From the NCBI RefSeq assembly GCF_009914755.1, contig NC_060930.1: a DNA stretch of 64,000 bases; one strand, written 5' to 3'. Position 1 is the first letter of the stretch; each line of letters starts with the position of its first letter. Of the stretch, positions 29,406-45,935 are shown piece by piece. Below the pieces are notes generated by a model. The model saw nothing but the letters and a program-made list of their open reading frames with translations, had not been told where the DNA came from and searched no databases. The translations under genes and the position numbers were made by a program. This stretch comes from the human T2T-CHM13v2.0 reference genome, Homo sapiens.

Positions 29406-31415
29406 AAAATATTATTTGGTATATAAACTATTTTTTTCTTGCATTTGGTAGTCTAGGTTACAACTATGATAATGTATACTTTTATTGTCCAAAATTAGAT
29501 ACCTTAGAGAATGAAATGAAGTACTTGATTAGACAGGGAAATATGCATAAACCAGCACTATTCCAGGCAAAATTATAGTACAAATTATATTAATACATTA
29601 ATGGAAAATTTGCTATAATCCAGTTTATAACTGTCTCTGTCTTCAAGAATTCCCAAATTTACTGTTTTCTGATTTTTTCTTCTATGACATAGCACATCCT
29701 GGATATTTATTTTACTTCACTGAAACAAACATTTGTCAGTTACATAATACATGTGAGAAAGCACGGTGGGAGAGATGTTATATCTTCGACATTTTTGCAT
29801 ATTGGGAGATACAAAGATAAATGAGACATAGTTCTCTACAAATAGCCATTTAAAATAGACAAGCGTGCATAAAACTATCATCAATATGAAATTGTGTTGA
29901 GTATAAACAGAAGAACAAAGTATTAAAAAAAGAGAGTTGATTTTTTTAATTAAAAAAAGCAAGAAAAGCATTTAAGGTGGACTTTGAAGAATGGTGAAGA
30001 TTCTGATAGAATAAAATAGACATAAGTCACAATCTAATGAGAAAAATAGGACATTTAATTGTTTGAAATGACTATACTTGATAAAAGAACTATTATATTA
30101 AACCAAATGGGACTGTGAAGCGATCTTGAGATTAACAGCTACAGTAAGATTGGCAGCAACACAGCCTACTATTTTAGACTGGAGAAACTAGTAGGTTAGG
30201 CAGTGTTACTAGTGCCCAGGTGCCAACATTATCCAACAGAAGCTAGAAATTTGATAAGCCTTGCTCATGGAAGCCAGCACCTCAGAGATGATGAAGTGAC
30301 TTTAGGAGGCAAAGACAGAAGGAGAGACATTCAGTCTTCTCCCTTTTCCCTATTTGCCATTTCCCCCTCAGTGTCTTCCATTGGCCAAATTTATCAGGAA
30401 GCCAGTGATATGGAGCTCTGAAGAAGACAGCTTTCTCCAAACCCAAGTAGAACAAAGATAAAAGGCAAGGGAGGGGCCAGAGTACATAAGAACAAGGATT
30501 TTAGTAAAAATTGGAGGACACAGAAAAATAGCCAGCGCTTCCTCTAGAAAACATACTTAATAGTGCACATCCATTGTTAATCCGCTCTTCAATCCTTCTT
30601 TTTTGATTCCTGTATTTTTGATTCCTTTATCACTTTTCTTTGTGATGCTTTTGTTTTGAGAACTACTCCTTGGGAAAGCTCTGTGTGTTCACCAAGAACA
30701 TGAATCACAGTAATACCCCCTTGACCTTCGAGAATAGTAGATCATATGGCCCAGTACAGTCATCATTTATTCCTGACATGTTCATATGGAATTTCAAAAT
30801 TGTTCTTTGTTTCACTTTAGATCAAAAGTTGTAAAGACCAGAGCTGCAGGCAGCTGGGTTCCCTGCCAGGAAAACATAGGAGCCCTGGAGACAAACGCTG
30901 CCCTCCTCACAAATCTCCATATTCCACCCTCTTCAACACACACACATAGTCATCCTATGCTATGTGTCATAAAATTACACACCGATTTAAGAGAATATGT
31001 TCATAGAAAAACCAAACATGGCATCAAGTCCCCAGACCCTATCATTGTGACCAAGTGTTCTACACTAAGACAATCAAAAGAAAAATTAGTAAACTGCCAT
31101 TGTCAAAAATGCCTGGAAAGATAACACTGAAATTTTTAAGAAATTACTGAAGATAGATAAATATTATATTATTCATATATTACGTTATTCTGTCTAAATC
31201 CTGGAGTACTTAACACTAAATAAATTTAGCTTATAACATATGTCATTTATTTTGATCAGGTAATAAGGGAAACAGAAATTGATATACTATCACTATCATC
31301 AATAAGAGTGTAGTTGAGGATGTCAGGGGAAAGAAACAAGCCAAAGAAATATAAACACTAAGCATTAGAAGAGGGACTCAATCAGTAAATGTGGTAATCA
31401 AAGTTTGCAATTATG

Positions 31416-31787
<372 letters not shown>

Positions 31788-31889
31788 TTATACTTTCTGA
31801 TCCTTCCCCTCACCCACCAACCAAGGAATTGTGTAAAGAATTGATTACAGGGAGGTAATTTTGAAAATACAATTTTAAGCTCAATTTTA

Positions 31890-32015
31890 AATGTCTTAAT
31901 GATTTGATCATTCCACAATGAATGTATGTATAGAAACATCACATTGTACTCCATAAATATGTACAATTATTATCTGTCAATTAGAAATAAAATAAAACTA
32001 GAAAACATAAAATAA
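31890..32015 (+). mobile_element. L1MA-type 3' end
   Basis: gatttgatcattccacaatg and aacatcacattgtactccataaatatgtacaattatt plus A-rich tail. Confidence 0.75.
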
Positions 32016-32239
32016 ATCAGACTTTACAAAGACAGTCTGTTGAAGAAAATGGTCTATGTCATATATGCAGAAACACTCTACAAATAAGATCTAAAGATAA
32101 TAATCTTAATGATGGAGACACATTTCCAAAATTGAAGTACAATAGCAAAACAAAAGGCTAATAAGAGCACAATTATTGTTTTGCTTTTGTTTTTTACAAA
32201 TATGTTTTATTTCATTAACATTTAAAATCTTTTAAAATA

Positions 32240-33070
32240 CATAAAATAAAATGCGCATATTTCACCTGTTGGTTTGGCAAATTTTAATAGTTGTATAACC
32301 TAAGGTAACCATGACTCAAAACAAGAGATAGGGCGTTTCCATATTCCCAGAGTTACATCTTGCTTCTTTCAGTCTATTTCTTCTCTATTCTCCAAGAGGC
32401 AAATAATTTCATATTCCTAAAATTATAGATTAATTTTGCCTGTTCTTAGATTTAATGTCCTTGAAATAACAATCTGGCTTTTTGTGTCTGGCTTCTTTTC
32501 CTTAACATACTATATTTGAAACTATTCATCTTGTAACATTAGTTCATACCTTTGAATATTTGAGTAATATTTCACTTATGACTAAAATAGGATGTGTTCA
32601 TCATCCTGATGATGGAAATTAAAGTTGTTTTTAGTCTAATGCTATTAAAAATAAGTCTGCTATATCTACTATTTCCCAAGTTGTTTTAATCACTTTTTTT
32701 ATTCCTGGTGTAAGTACTGATAAATTATTGGCTATATTCATGTTTATTTTTATTAGAAACTGCCAAACAGTTATCCAAATAGCTACATAATGAAATATAC
32801 ACATCAGCAAATTATGAGTGTTTTGGCGGATCCATATTCTAGAAAATATTTCAAAATTCAGACAACTTAAAAATTGTCTATTCTTTTTACTTTTGCCATT
32901 CTAGTAGGAGATTAGTGGTATCTCATTGTGATTTTCATTTGTATTTTCTTGATGAACTAAATAACAAAATACCTTTTCATATATTTTTTGTTATTCATAC
33001 AAGTTATTTGGTTAAGTGCCTGTTTAAATCTACCCAGCTTCAACTGAATTTTTTGTTCTTATTAAGTTTT
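32240..33070 (-). mobile_element. Old L1 (L1ME-like) 3' region
   Basis: ttttgtgtctggcttctttt, gaaactgccaaac and gtggtatctcattgtgattttcatttg. Confidence 0.7.
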
Positions 33071-33084
33071 AATAATTTTTTTAA

Positions 33085-33315
33085 TAATTTTTTTTAAAAC
33101 ATCAATTTTAGGTTCAGGGATACAAGTGCAGGTTTCTCACATAGGTAAAGTCGTGTCACAGGGGTTTGTTGTACAGATTATTTTGTCACCCAGGTACTAA
33201 GCCTAATATCCAATAGTTGTTTTTTCTGATCCTCTCCCTCCTCCTCCAGTAGGCCCCATGTCCATTTTCCTGTCTGTGTCCATGTGTTCTCATCATTTAG
33301 TTCCCACTTATAGGT
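33085..33315 (-). mobile_element. L1PA13-16-type 3' end
   Basis: ggggtttgttgtacagattattttgtcacccaggtactaagc through catttagttcccacttata. Confidence 0.85.
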
Positions 33316-33459
33316 AATTAATACATGCCAGATTAAGAATTCTGGCATGTATCAGAACACAGAGAGCTAGAAATTATCAGTCTCACACTCACAATAATAC
33401 TAAACAATATAAATTTTTAGGAAAATAAAAAAATACAAATAACAATAAAATGCTAATAC

Positions 33460-34450
<991 letters not shown>

Positions 34451-37334
34451 AATAATCAATAATAAAAACAATGTAAAAGACAAAAATAAGTAAAGCACTA
34501 GTGTAGGAGATTACAAACTCTCCAATCAGTTCCAGCAGCAAGCAGATGCACAAAGCATTGCTAGGAAGTGCCTCACAGGATTTCTTAACCCAGTTTCCTA
34601 ATTTACTGGGACGCTTTCCTATCAAGAATTAAGCAACTTGCAGTCATTTAATATTATGTGGCAAATTTGAAAATTTCAGTGCACTCAAATAAAACACAGC
34701 AAAACCACTTGCAAAGAAATTAGGTGGTTATGGGAAGAGATGTGAGTGTTGCCACTTCATGGTGGCTACTATTGTTCCTTAGCAACATGTAATTCCCTGA
34801 TACTTTTAGAGATATCCTGCCATGATTCCTTAACATTCCTGTAGAATTAGTTAATTTAAATCAAATTGTTATAAATAAATAAAAAGTCTAAATGAAAAGA
34901 GTTCTTTATTACAAAGTTAAGCTGATGTAAAAAAACAAAGCCCAGCCACTTCCCTTTCTTTTCTTAATTACATCAGGGACAGAAGATATTAGGTAAGTGT
35001 CTTCATTCAAGACATTGCTCTTCATGAGGTCTCTTTCCAGTATTGTTTTGGTAAAATTCCATAGTTTTTGAAAACCATTAGAGAGTAGAAAACTAAATGC
35101 AAGCACTTACAAACTGCAAGTTGTTTAAGCTATTTATGTCTTTCTCTTATGCAAGAAATAAAGTGATTTAAACTTTGAATTTTAAAATTTTATTCAGTAG
35201 TACATAATTCCATAAGTCTTTTTCCTCTCTTCTTCTAATTCTCCTTTAAAACATACACAAATACGCATGGACCACACACATATGCCAATACTTGCCCTCA
35301 AACCCACTGCCAACTAAACAATATTTATATAATTTTTTATAATTTTACTCAGATGTTTTTCTAATGTTTTTGGTTTGCCGAAGTAGTTGATAAAGAAAAT
35401 TTTATTAAGTACTGCCAGAAAACCACATTAGTTTAAAAAATATTTGATTATTTTATTTCTTAAAATAAAAGATATAGCATGAATAAGGCCTCATCAATTG
35501 GAGAAAAAAATGTTTTGCTGCCATGATTTAATCAAGTGTGTAATCTGGGGAAGAGGTAGTTTAATTACCACGATGTGGAAAATTTTTATAAACTTCTTGA
35601 TCTTCATGGTTCTTGAATTACTCAGGTAAATAATGACAGTGAAGTGTTGAACTAAAATAAAATGAACACTTCAGAGTAAGTGCAAAATATTGATAATTAG
35701 CTTTGGGTGTCTTTGGGCCAAAAAAAAAAAAAAACACCTGGACTCCTCATATTTGTACGTTACTAGGTAAAACTTGCCTCCAGTTAGAAAGGAGGAACAA
35801 ATCAATGTAAAAATAAATTTACAGAAATAAAATGTTAATCATTTTCTCTCTCTTTATTCCCTTTATATAATTTAATTCAAGAGTTTATTTCTCATGTAGC
35901 TTGTTCCAACATTGTTTTCAGATTCATCAAGTTTAGAATTTAACTTCAACATGTTCACTAGTGTAGAATTTATTGGTTACAATGATACACTTGCCACCCC
36001 ACTACCCTTTTTTCCTTTTGCAGCCTCACTTACTTTAGGAATGAGTAATTTTTCAACAAGCACAATTTGTTCTAATTCAATTTATTTTGATTCATGAACA
36101 TAATACTTGTTTCATTTTGATACTATCCAGTCAATACACTTTCATAACATAAGACATGATGCATAAAGGTGAAAAGCTATGATACACATGATTACAAAAA
36201 ATGAAAGATCCTGTATAAAAAAACAGACTAAAAGGAATCATACTTTCTTTGGATTATCACGTGAAAAAGAAACCCATTAAACATGGGAGAAACATTATCA
36301 ATTATTTCAACCCATGCACTTAATTTGTTTCTCCAAATAGAGTATATTTCCAACCTCCCTAGAGTTGTTTCTCTTAACAGAGTACATGATTTATAGCTAC
36401 TATACTTATTTGTGCCACTTTGCCAACTGGGGATGACTTATTTCTTCTGCAAGAAATAATGCTGACTGCATGGTTGTGCATATTTTAGATTCTTTCAAAT
36501 CCTGGGCAAAATATCAGAAGTTGTAATCAGGATATAGCATTTTTAGAGCCTAATTTATTATCTTGTGCTTTATCTTCAGATATTTTTCATAAGATTTCCA
36601 CCATAAGCTGCTCTTTGTCTTTAGAAAAAGTGAGTAATTTAGGTGTCATTATATAGAATTTTTACCCCCAAAGGCAACTTTACCTCTGAAAACAGTTTTA
36701 TAATAATTAAAACAATTCCTTACACTGTATGAGGCTTTAAATTTTATGTACACTTTAGCAAACATCTGTTTTGTTTCAGAGGTAAAACTAAACATCAAAT
36801 GCTAACCTACTAATACTGAAGAAAGAAATGGAAATAGCACCTTGTGTCATTTATAAGAAATATTTCAGTAGCACAAATTAAATTATAAGTTAAATGCATT
36901 AAAACTTGATCAAAGGTGTTAGTTACTATGTGGTTTGCACTTTGAGATAAAAGCAAAAACATTGAAAATTCAAGTATATTCTTATTCTAATACTTTTCCG
37001 CAGAACATTCAAGAACTTAAATCAATACATGTTAATCTGTTATCAGAGTATAAACTAATTTTCAGTTTGTTTTTTAGTATGATGTTAAAGATACAGTATC
37101 ATTGCTCCATAATTTTCTGCAATTCCTTTCTAATTGAAAGTGTGTCTCTCCTAATGTCCAGTGAGATATTTTTTCTTCCCATTCCATTCAGGTAATATTT
37201 TTTTCTTACAGCGTCTGGAGTAGTTTTGTCTATGGGTGTTATCTAGTTTTGGTTTAATGATTTTATCTTAAAGAGCATATGGCACAGTTGAAATAGGGGC
37301 TCATCCTGGTATGTCTGGAGTTGCATTTACCTAT

Positions 37335-38074
<740 letters not shown>

Positions 38075-38897
38075 GTGCCCTTAGGTTTCTCGCTATTGTT
38101 GCTCTTCCAGATTACTTGAAATTTTGCCTCATTGTCATCAAATAGAGTGCTTCTTTTAACTCTTCTCCTGCCTTGTGTTTAATACACTTCTGCTTATGTT
38201 AGAAGGTTCTATTTGGATTTAATGTTGTACTCTCTTGGTTTTGCTGTGTGCAAAGCAACTGGCTCTAGGAATCTAGGGCCAATTAAGAATGTAGATTACC
38301 ATTTAATATTCATTTTCAAACATAAGAACTTTACTTGTTGTAGAACCGAATGATTACTATTCGATCTTATCATTCCCATCTATGTAAGACTTTCAGCATC
38401 ATCTTTCAGCTTTATCTTTCGCTGGAATTTACACACTGATTTTTAAAACCATTTACCAATACTGACATTGGATTTTTTTATTAATATAGACAATATATTG
38501 TCATGCCTCATTGTATATAAAAGTCTAAAATGTGCAAAGGTCTAGTTTAGCCTTAATTATGTAAGGAAAATTATGATGAACAGATTTTACCTGAGCTAGC
38601 TTTTGAAGACTAGGTAATAATATAAAAAGGAAAGATTGGGGTCTGTGATGATTGGATTGAATGAAGTGTGCATACAAATATTTCACCCCTTGATAGTGAT
38701 TTGAAGAGATGAGTTAAAAAAACACTATAAGTTAATTATATATATTAATTTAGATGAAACAGTAAATGAAGTCGAACCAACAGACATTTTTCTTCGACAT
38801 GCTTTTAGGAAGATACTCAATGAACTTGTTAAAAATACACATTTCCGGGATATTCTGATTTAGTATGGAATACGTTTTGGAAAATACTGAGCTAGGC

Positions 38898-38922
38898 AAA
38901 AAAAAAAAAAAAAAAAAAAAAA
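38898..38922. repeat. Isolated A25 mononucleotide run
   Basis: Direct read; not attached to an Alu or L1 body. Confidence 0.9.
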
Positions 38923-39644
38923 GCCATATTGGTTTTTTGCTTAGGAGAATTGGCATAGTTCAAATTGCATAACGTATGGTCAACAAGCGTCATGATTCTC
39001 CCAGTACTTAACAAAGAAGCTGCCACACAGTAGGTGATTAATAACTAGTTGTCCTATAAATAAAACCTGCATAAATTATTTTCAAAATAATTAATCAGGA
39101 GGTTGCATAAAATATGTATTAGAATGGAGAAATACTGGAGTCAAAGAATAAAGCTATGATATACTAGAATTGTATAAGTAGATGCCAACAAAAAAGAAAA
39201 ATAAATTTAAACTAAAGAAAAAAGAATCTATGTCACTGTTCCCAAGGATTTTTGACAGTCATTAGGTTTTGTATTATACATTGTACTGGACTTCAAAATG
39301 TCAACTGTGTATTTTTTATATTTTCCTAAAACACAGTGTAAATAAAGAAGAGAAACCTTTAGAACAATCAGCATTTTATTTGTAGACTGTCAAACTTTCA
39401 TTGTTTGAATGTCACGTTAAGATGTTAGCCTGAACACGTGGCTCACTATCACTAATGTAAACCGATCACCCATGTTCTTGCTATTTTCTCTATGTGCAGC
39501 AACCTTCATTTGTCCCTGTTTCTAAGTAATCTTATCTATTCTTCAAGAATGAATTGAACTTTTGCACCATCAGTTTAACTGTGTATTTCTCTACAGAACT
39601 AAAACTGTTCTCCACTACAATGATAATAGTGCTTAGCAGTGCTA

Positions 39645-40128
39645 AAGAAAAAATAATCATGATACTTGTTAACACCTGCTAAGGTAAACTTTACTTAGTG
39701 GGGACTATTGTGATAAGTAGACAGGGAGACAGCTACTGTGAAGTTTTGTATTAGGAAAGAAAAATCTGGCCCAACTTTGAACAGCAAGGAAAATGGCAAA
39801 TTATAGCCAAGGAGCTGGGTGAGGGACCGTGGATGGAAAATTCATAGGAGAAAACATGAGGGGTAAGTGGGGATTCTGGCTAAACAGACAACAGACTTCT
39901 TACTAAAGTCATGTCAGCATGGTCAGATATCACATGGGGAACGGTGGAGGATGAGAAACCTGATCAGATATGGAGGGTGATTGGATATGGGAGATGAGAA
40001 ACTCGTGTTAAACTGATTTACATTGGACAATGCAGAGGTGAACATGAAAGCCGAAAAGTCATAGCCGACTTGAGAAGATAGTTCAGAGGAACCCAAGAAG
40101 AGTTTAGTCAAGGAGAGAATCTTTGTCA
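39645..40128 (-). mobile_element. MER31-family ERV1 LTR
   Basis: Reverse complement begins tgacaaagattctctccttgactaaac; ctgatcagatat and ggattctggctaaac motifs. Confidence 0.75.
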
Positions 40129-42188
40129 CTAATTCTTTCAAGGTATTACATTATAGTTTGTAATTTAATTGTGTACATTGGTGCCATCTATATTATAGTC
40201 AAAATTGTCTTTTATCTTTTCTATGATCTTTAAATTGAGTATTTTGTATAAAATTGTTCTCAAATAATTTTCATTCAATAATGAATGATTAAAAAAGAAA
40301 AACATGATATTCTAATAACTCCTTAATTTTCTTTTATAGTTAAAAGGGGTGAAACCTTTGTGTTATAGATTGTTAATGTGACGTTGAGATTGATTTAAAG
40401 TTTATTTTTATACGTGTTTTTCATTACTACTTTTATTTTCAATTTTTGTTTTCAATAATTTTACGTGAACTAAATAGTAGGTTAACTTTTTTATTATTAC
40501 TTATCCTGGGGCATATATACATAGCAATTGACAATGTGTTTTTCAAGCAAAACACACTGCAACATTCTGAAATTCATTCTGAAGTTTTGAATGCAGGGTT
40601 TAAAGCACTGCTAGTTTTTTTATGTAAGTGGTAGCATATGTGGTAGCAATTACTAATTAGATAATTGAATGCAGATGGCAGCAATTACAGTCAACCAAAT
40701 TATGCAATATCTCCATAGGTAAAGTAATACCTTCAGTGCAGAAATGTCTGATATATATGTTCTCAATTTGATCAAGGGATTAATGAGAACATTTTATGCT
40801 ATTGTTTGAGCCACTACCAATGAGCAATGCTTAGAAGCAATCTATAACTTTAATTGAGGTCATGGTACAGTAGGTGAAAGCAACTATGAATTGGCTCATC
40901 CAATTTGCTGTGGCTCATTAAGACATACATTGCTAGAGAATCATGTAGACAGGTCACAACAAATCATACCAAGTGAACTGTTCAGCCAGGTAGAATTCTA
41001 CTGTTCAGACATGGCCTGGGGCCACATTTATGTATCGACATGAAAAATGCTCATGATATAGTATATACAGTGTAACCTAGTCATAGGTGGATTGTCAGAG
41101 GCTTCATGTTCTTTCCAGCAATAGTTCATTAAGATCTACATGCAGAAAATAATGGAGTCCATACTTACAATATGTTATGGTTTCTATGGAAGCCCATAGA
41201 TCCACCATTATTATGCTGGTATGTGAAGAAAGCCTAGTTTTAGATCAGAAGCTGAAACAATCTGCTTGCCCCTCAGAAAATTACCTTTACAAACCATGTG
41301 GATATAAAAGCTTTATTGCTGACCCTCCGTGATAAAATTCTATCTTCAACAATGCAAGCTCAGTATTCTCAGAAATATTGCAAGTTTGGCTGAAGACATG
41401 ATTAATACATGTATTATGAGGCCATCTGAGCTCAAAGAGCACCTAGTGGGCTCCTCTATTTTCATCAGCTGTATGCAGCCCTATTATTTCAATCTTTATT
41501 ATTGCCAAAATTAGAAGGTTAAAGACATTGTGAAGACAATTTTCCCTAGGTCCTTGAAAGTCATTTTTAGAACTTTGGATTTTACTCTAAGTGACAAGGG
41601 AAGCCACCAGAACCTTCTGAGGAGAGTGAGATAACTATAAAGTAATCACCGTGGTCACCATGTCTCCAACACATTGAAGGAGAAGTTTGGAGTAAAAGAT
41701 CAGTTAGTATGATATTGTAAGCATCCAGGCAAAACAAATTATGAAACGTGATTGAATTCTGGATTTGTTTTGAAGATAAAGCTAATAGAATATGCTACCC
41801 AACTGAATATGAGTTATGAGAAAAACAGAAAACCAAGGGGGTTTTGAGTTTTTAAGTTGCAAAGCTGAAAGCGTGGGCTTTCCATGAATGCAATATGCAG
41901 GACTGTGGAAGCAGCAGTCTTTGGGTGGTTATGTGCTTTGTTTGGCTTGGCTGTTTGTTAGTTTGTTTACTTTCTGGTGGGGGAAAAATTGTTAACTTTG
42001 GAAATGTTAAGTTTAAGCTGACTTTGGGATCTACCTCTAGAGAGAAATGTAAAGCAGGCAGTCTGATATTGCAGAAACGGGTTAACTAAAGTTTTCCTGT
42101 TTGGGAAAAGAATTTGACTTATGCTTTGCTCTCTACTTCTGTTTCCCTGAGAACCTGATGAGAATAATATGCTAGTGGTGTTACTAAT

Positions 42189-42442
<254 letters not shown>

Positions 42443-43173
42443 GATGATACACTGAAAATTGAAACCAAAAGTATAACACTTCAAAATGTACTACAGTAGG
42501 GCACACAAAACAGATAAATGTACCAAACCAAAATCATGAGTTATATCACAGATTCTCTAACTGTTTTAACACCAACGAGTTTCAGCCCTGTATGTTGCAA
42601 GATGGGACTAAGAACAAATTGAACTAACAAAAACTCTGTGTGAACTCATATGTCCTAAAGACAAGACCGTGTTACAGTACAGCAACATCTTAGTTTGCAA
42701 AAATTGACAAATCCCTACTAAGACTATTTTAGACATCAAAATTCTATTAGCATCCTTTTTTTAACTCTTCCTTTTTGAGACATTCCACTGATTCTTAGGT
42801 GTATCCTTCTTGTAACAAATTCAATAAACTTAAAGTTTTTCTTTTTTTTTTTTTAACTGTAGGTGTTTCAATGATGGGTTTTGGAAAATAACACTGCTAT
42901 GGCCTAAAAATCTATGATTGACAAACTGCCTTTTTACTGGGAAAACAATAACTAAGAGAAGCCACAGCGTTATGCTTCTCCAATGGCAATGAGTATGGTA
43001 ATTAGGCATTCCCCTTATAAAGACCCTGGAAGCTATGCTTTTTGAATTGTTAGAAAAAATAATGTTCCTGTGGTATATGAGGTTTTTAGCACTGGGTGGA
43101 TCTTGCATCCCCCTGAAAATGATTCTGTTTCCTTACCTCTGAGCTATACAAACTGCTACGAAAAATGCTACTG

Positions 43174-43468
43174 GGCTGTGAGCAGTGGCTCACACCTATA
43201 ATCCCAGCACTTTGGGAGGCCGAGGCAGGTGGATCATGCGGTCAGGAGTTGAAGACCAGCCTGACCAATATGGTGAAACCCCGTGTCTACTAAAAATACA
43301 AAAATAAGCTGAGCATGGTGGCAGATGCCTGTAATCTCAACTACTCGGGAGGCCTAGACAGGAGAATAGCTTGAACCTGGGTGGCAGAGGTTGCAGTGAG
43401 CTGAGATCACACCACTGCACCCCAGCCTGGGTGACAGAGTGAGACTCTGTCTCAAAAAAAAAAAAAAA
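43174..43468 (+). mobile_element. Alu (AluSg-like)
   Basis: Full dimer; TSD aaaaatgctact. Confidence 0.92.
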
Positions 43469-43679
43469 AAAAATGCTACTAGGACATCTGCAGATAAGGA
43501 AGAAGTAAGGATCCTGACAGCAAGCTATGGTAACTGTGTTACATCGTTTTGTGTAGGCTGATGTCAACTGAAGGCTAAGATGGTCTTATGAGTCTGAAAG
43601 TTTAGCTGAACTTAGGCAGGCTCTTGGTGAGCTTTCCAACTAGGCAGCATGGAATTCATAAGGAAACTCTTTGTTGTTA

Positions 43680-44575
43680 ATGAAAATGTGGACAATATCA
43701 GTGGTATTCAAAGTCAGGAAAATAGATGAGATTTAAGAATGAAAGCAAATACATAAGTAAAGAAATCCATGAACTGAGGCTTGGGGCATTCCAAATCTAA
43801 CAGTTTAAATAGATGAGAAGAACCAAGAAAAGATGATTGGGAAGAAATCACCAAAAGTAAGGAGCAGTAATTCTACATACGAGCAGCCAAATAAATAGTG
43901 TTTTTAGATAAACAGTAATCAATTTTGTCAAATGCTTCTGATGAATCAAGTCAGGTGAGAATTGAGAACTGCATATTCAGTTAAGTAAAAAAAGGCATGT
44001 CTATTGACCTTAACATGAGCACTTTCAGTGAACTCATAGGGTAAATACATTATTGGAGAAATTTCAAGAGGAAATAGGCAGTGAGGAATTAAAATTTAAA
44101 ATGCAGACACTGCTTTTTGTAAAGAGAAAGAGAAATTGAGGTTTATTGGAGAATGAAGCAAGAATGAAAGAATTTTTATAATAGCAGGTTTTTTTTTTTC
44201 AAGTAGGACATAAAAGAGCTTATATGTGTGCAAGCTTGATGTTCTACTAGAGAGGAAAAACAATGCTGAAGCATGAGGGAGAGGGGAAAATGAATGTTTT
44301 GGGTAGATGAGAAGGGGATGGGCACAAATGCAGGGATTGGCCTTAGGATAAAACAAGATGTATTTATAGTTATATCTACTCAGAAATGCTTGAGGAAAAG
44401 GTTGAGTTATTCACTCATTTTAATTTCAACACACTGAGTTTCTGTTTATTTGTGCATTTAACAAATATTTATTCACCATGTTTCAGGCATTAGGAACTGT
44501 TTTAATTGCTGGGGCATAGCAGTAAACAAAACAGATCAAAAGCAGCCCTGCCTTCATGGGGTTTGCCTTTTAACA
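43680..44575 (-). mobile_element. L2 fragments
   Basis: gtcaaatgcttctgatgaatcaag, gagaattgagaactg and catttaacaaatatttatt...gcagtaaacaaaacagat. Confidence 0.6.
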
Positions 44576-45713
44576 AAACTATTAAATTTGAAATAACACA
44601 TTGCAGAATAAAAACATTTCCTACAATTTTCATCCAACATGTCACAAAAAATCCACTTCAGTGTTGCCTTGGTTATCTTTGTTGAAATTTCAGTCTAAGT
44701 ATTTGCTTGCAAAAGAAGCATGAAAGGAACAATTTGGGTAATGTTTCTTTTAAAAGAACTCCTTATTCAGCTGACAGAAATGGTTGTGTCTGGCAACCTC
44801 TGTTTGCAAAGAACTGATGAGACTGTGTCAGCAGAGGTTTGAGAAGGAACAGTGAACACTTCCTGATCTAGTGTTAAGTTTTCCTGAGAATGGCAAGGCA
44901 AAATCAATATAGAGCCTCTATAGGTTTCACATCCTATGGAAAAAAATAACTTGGCCAATGCTGTACTCAGTTACATCTTTTCAACATGAAAATCCATTGC
45001 AATGACTAGATATAGCTTCTAACTAATCCTTTGTATCAAAGCCAATTCAGCATCTGTTATTTTGAATGTGGTCAAGACAACCTTATGTAAAACTACCATT
45101 TGAGGCAACAGCCACAATTTTCCACACGAAGATTTTGTTCGTTGTTTGTGCATGGCTTGTACTTCTAAATTACCTCAGGGATCTAAGTAAGCATTTAATT
45201 CCAGAGAAACACAGGCTAAAGCTATTTGTTGAGACATTTTTGTGTATAGGAAAAGAAAAAAAAGACTTCTTTCTTCCCACAAAAGTAGAGCATTTTTTTC
45301 TGAACCTTCCATTCCATCTTGGATCATCTTCATTATTCTTTATTTTGAGTTTTTGCTACCCTTATCTAATTTCTTAATGTGTCTGTGCACTAACTCATAT
45401 TGCCTGTGATTCTGTAGTTCCCATGGTTAGGTGACAAATAACTTCTTAGACAGGCTCCATTAAAAAACTATTGAATCAGAGTTTCTTAGAAGTGGGGTTT
45501 AAACAATTTTGATAATTAGAATGCTCATTAAAGTTTAAAAACCAGGACCCTTGTTTCTGTAGTTGGTCCCATTGCTTGAGGAATGCTGTCAGCTAAGAGA
45601 TAGCAACGGCACTTCTTTTAAGTGATTTTTGCCCTTATTTTGAGGGATGCAGTTATTATGAAATGTTTTTGTCGTGATGGTTATTGTTGTATGTTTTGTT
45701 TTAATCCCTAAAA

Positions 45714-45935
45714 CTGCCATTCTCAACTGGAAGGGGATGGATTTTGCCATTCATGGAACATTTGGCAATCCATGTCTAGAGTCATTTCTGGTTGTCGTGA
45801 GAGGGTGAGTGCTAGTCCTTCTAGTCTGTAGAGGTCAGAGATGCTTCTAAACATCCTGCAATGCATAGGACAAGATGCCACAAAAAAGAATCACCTGGAC
45901 AAAAATGCCAACATGACTGAGGGTGAGAAACCCTC
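45714..45935 (+). mobile_element. MER20 (hAT-Charlie)
   Basis: ttctcaac, ggaacatttggcaat, gtagaggtcagagatgcttctaaacatcct and gagaaaccct. Confidence 0.82.

Noticed and set aside
35881-36170. Protein-like reading on both strands with a minus-strand gtaagt
   Set aside because: In-frame stops, no convincing acceptor and no recognisable homologue
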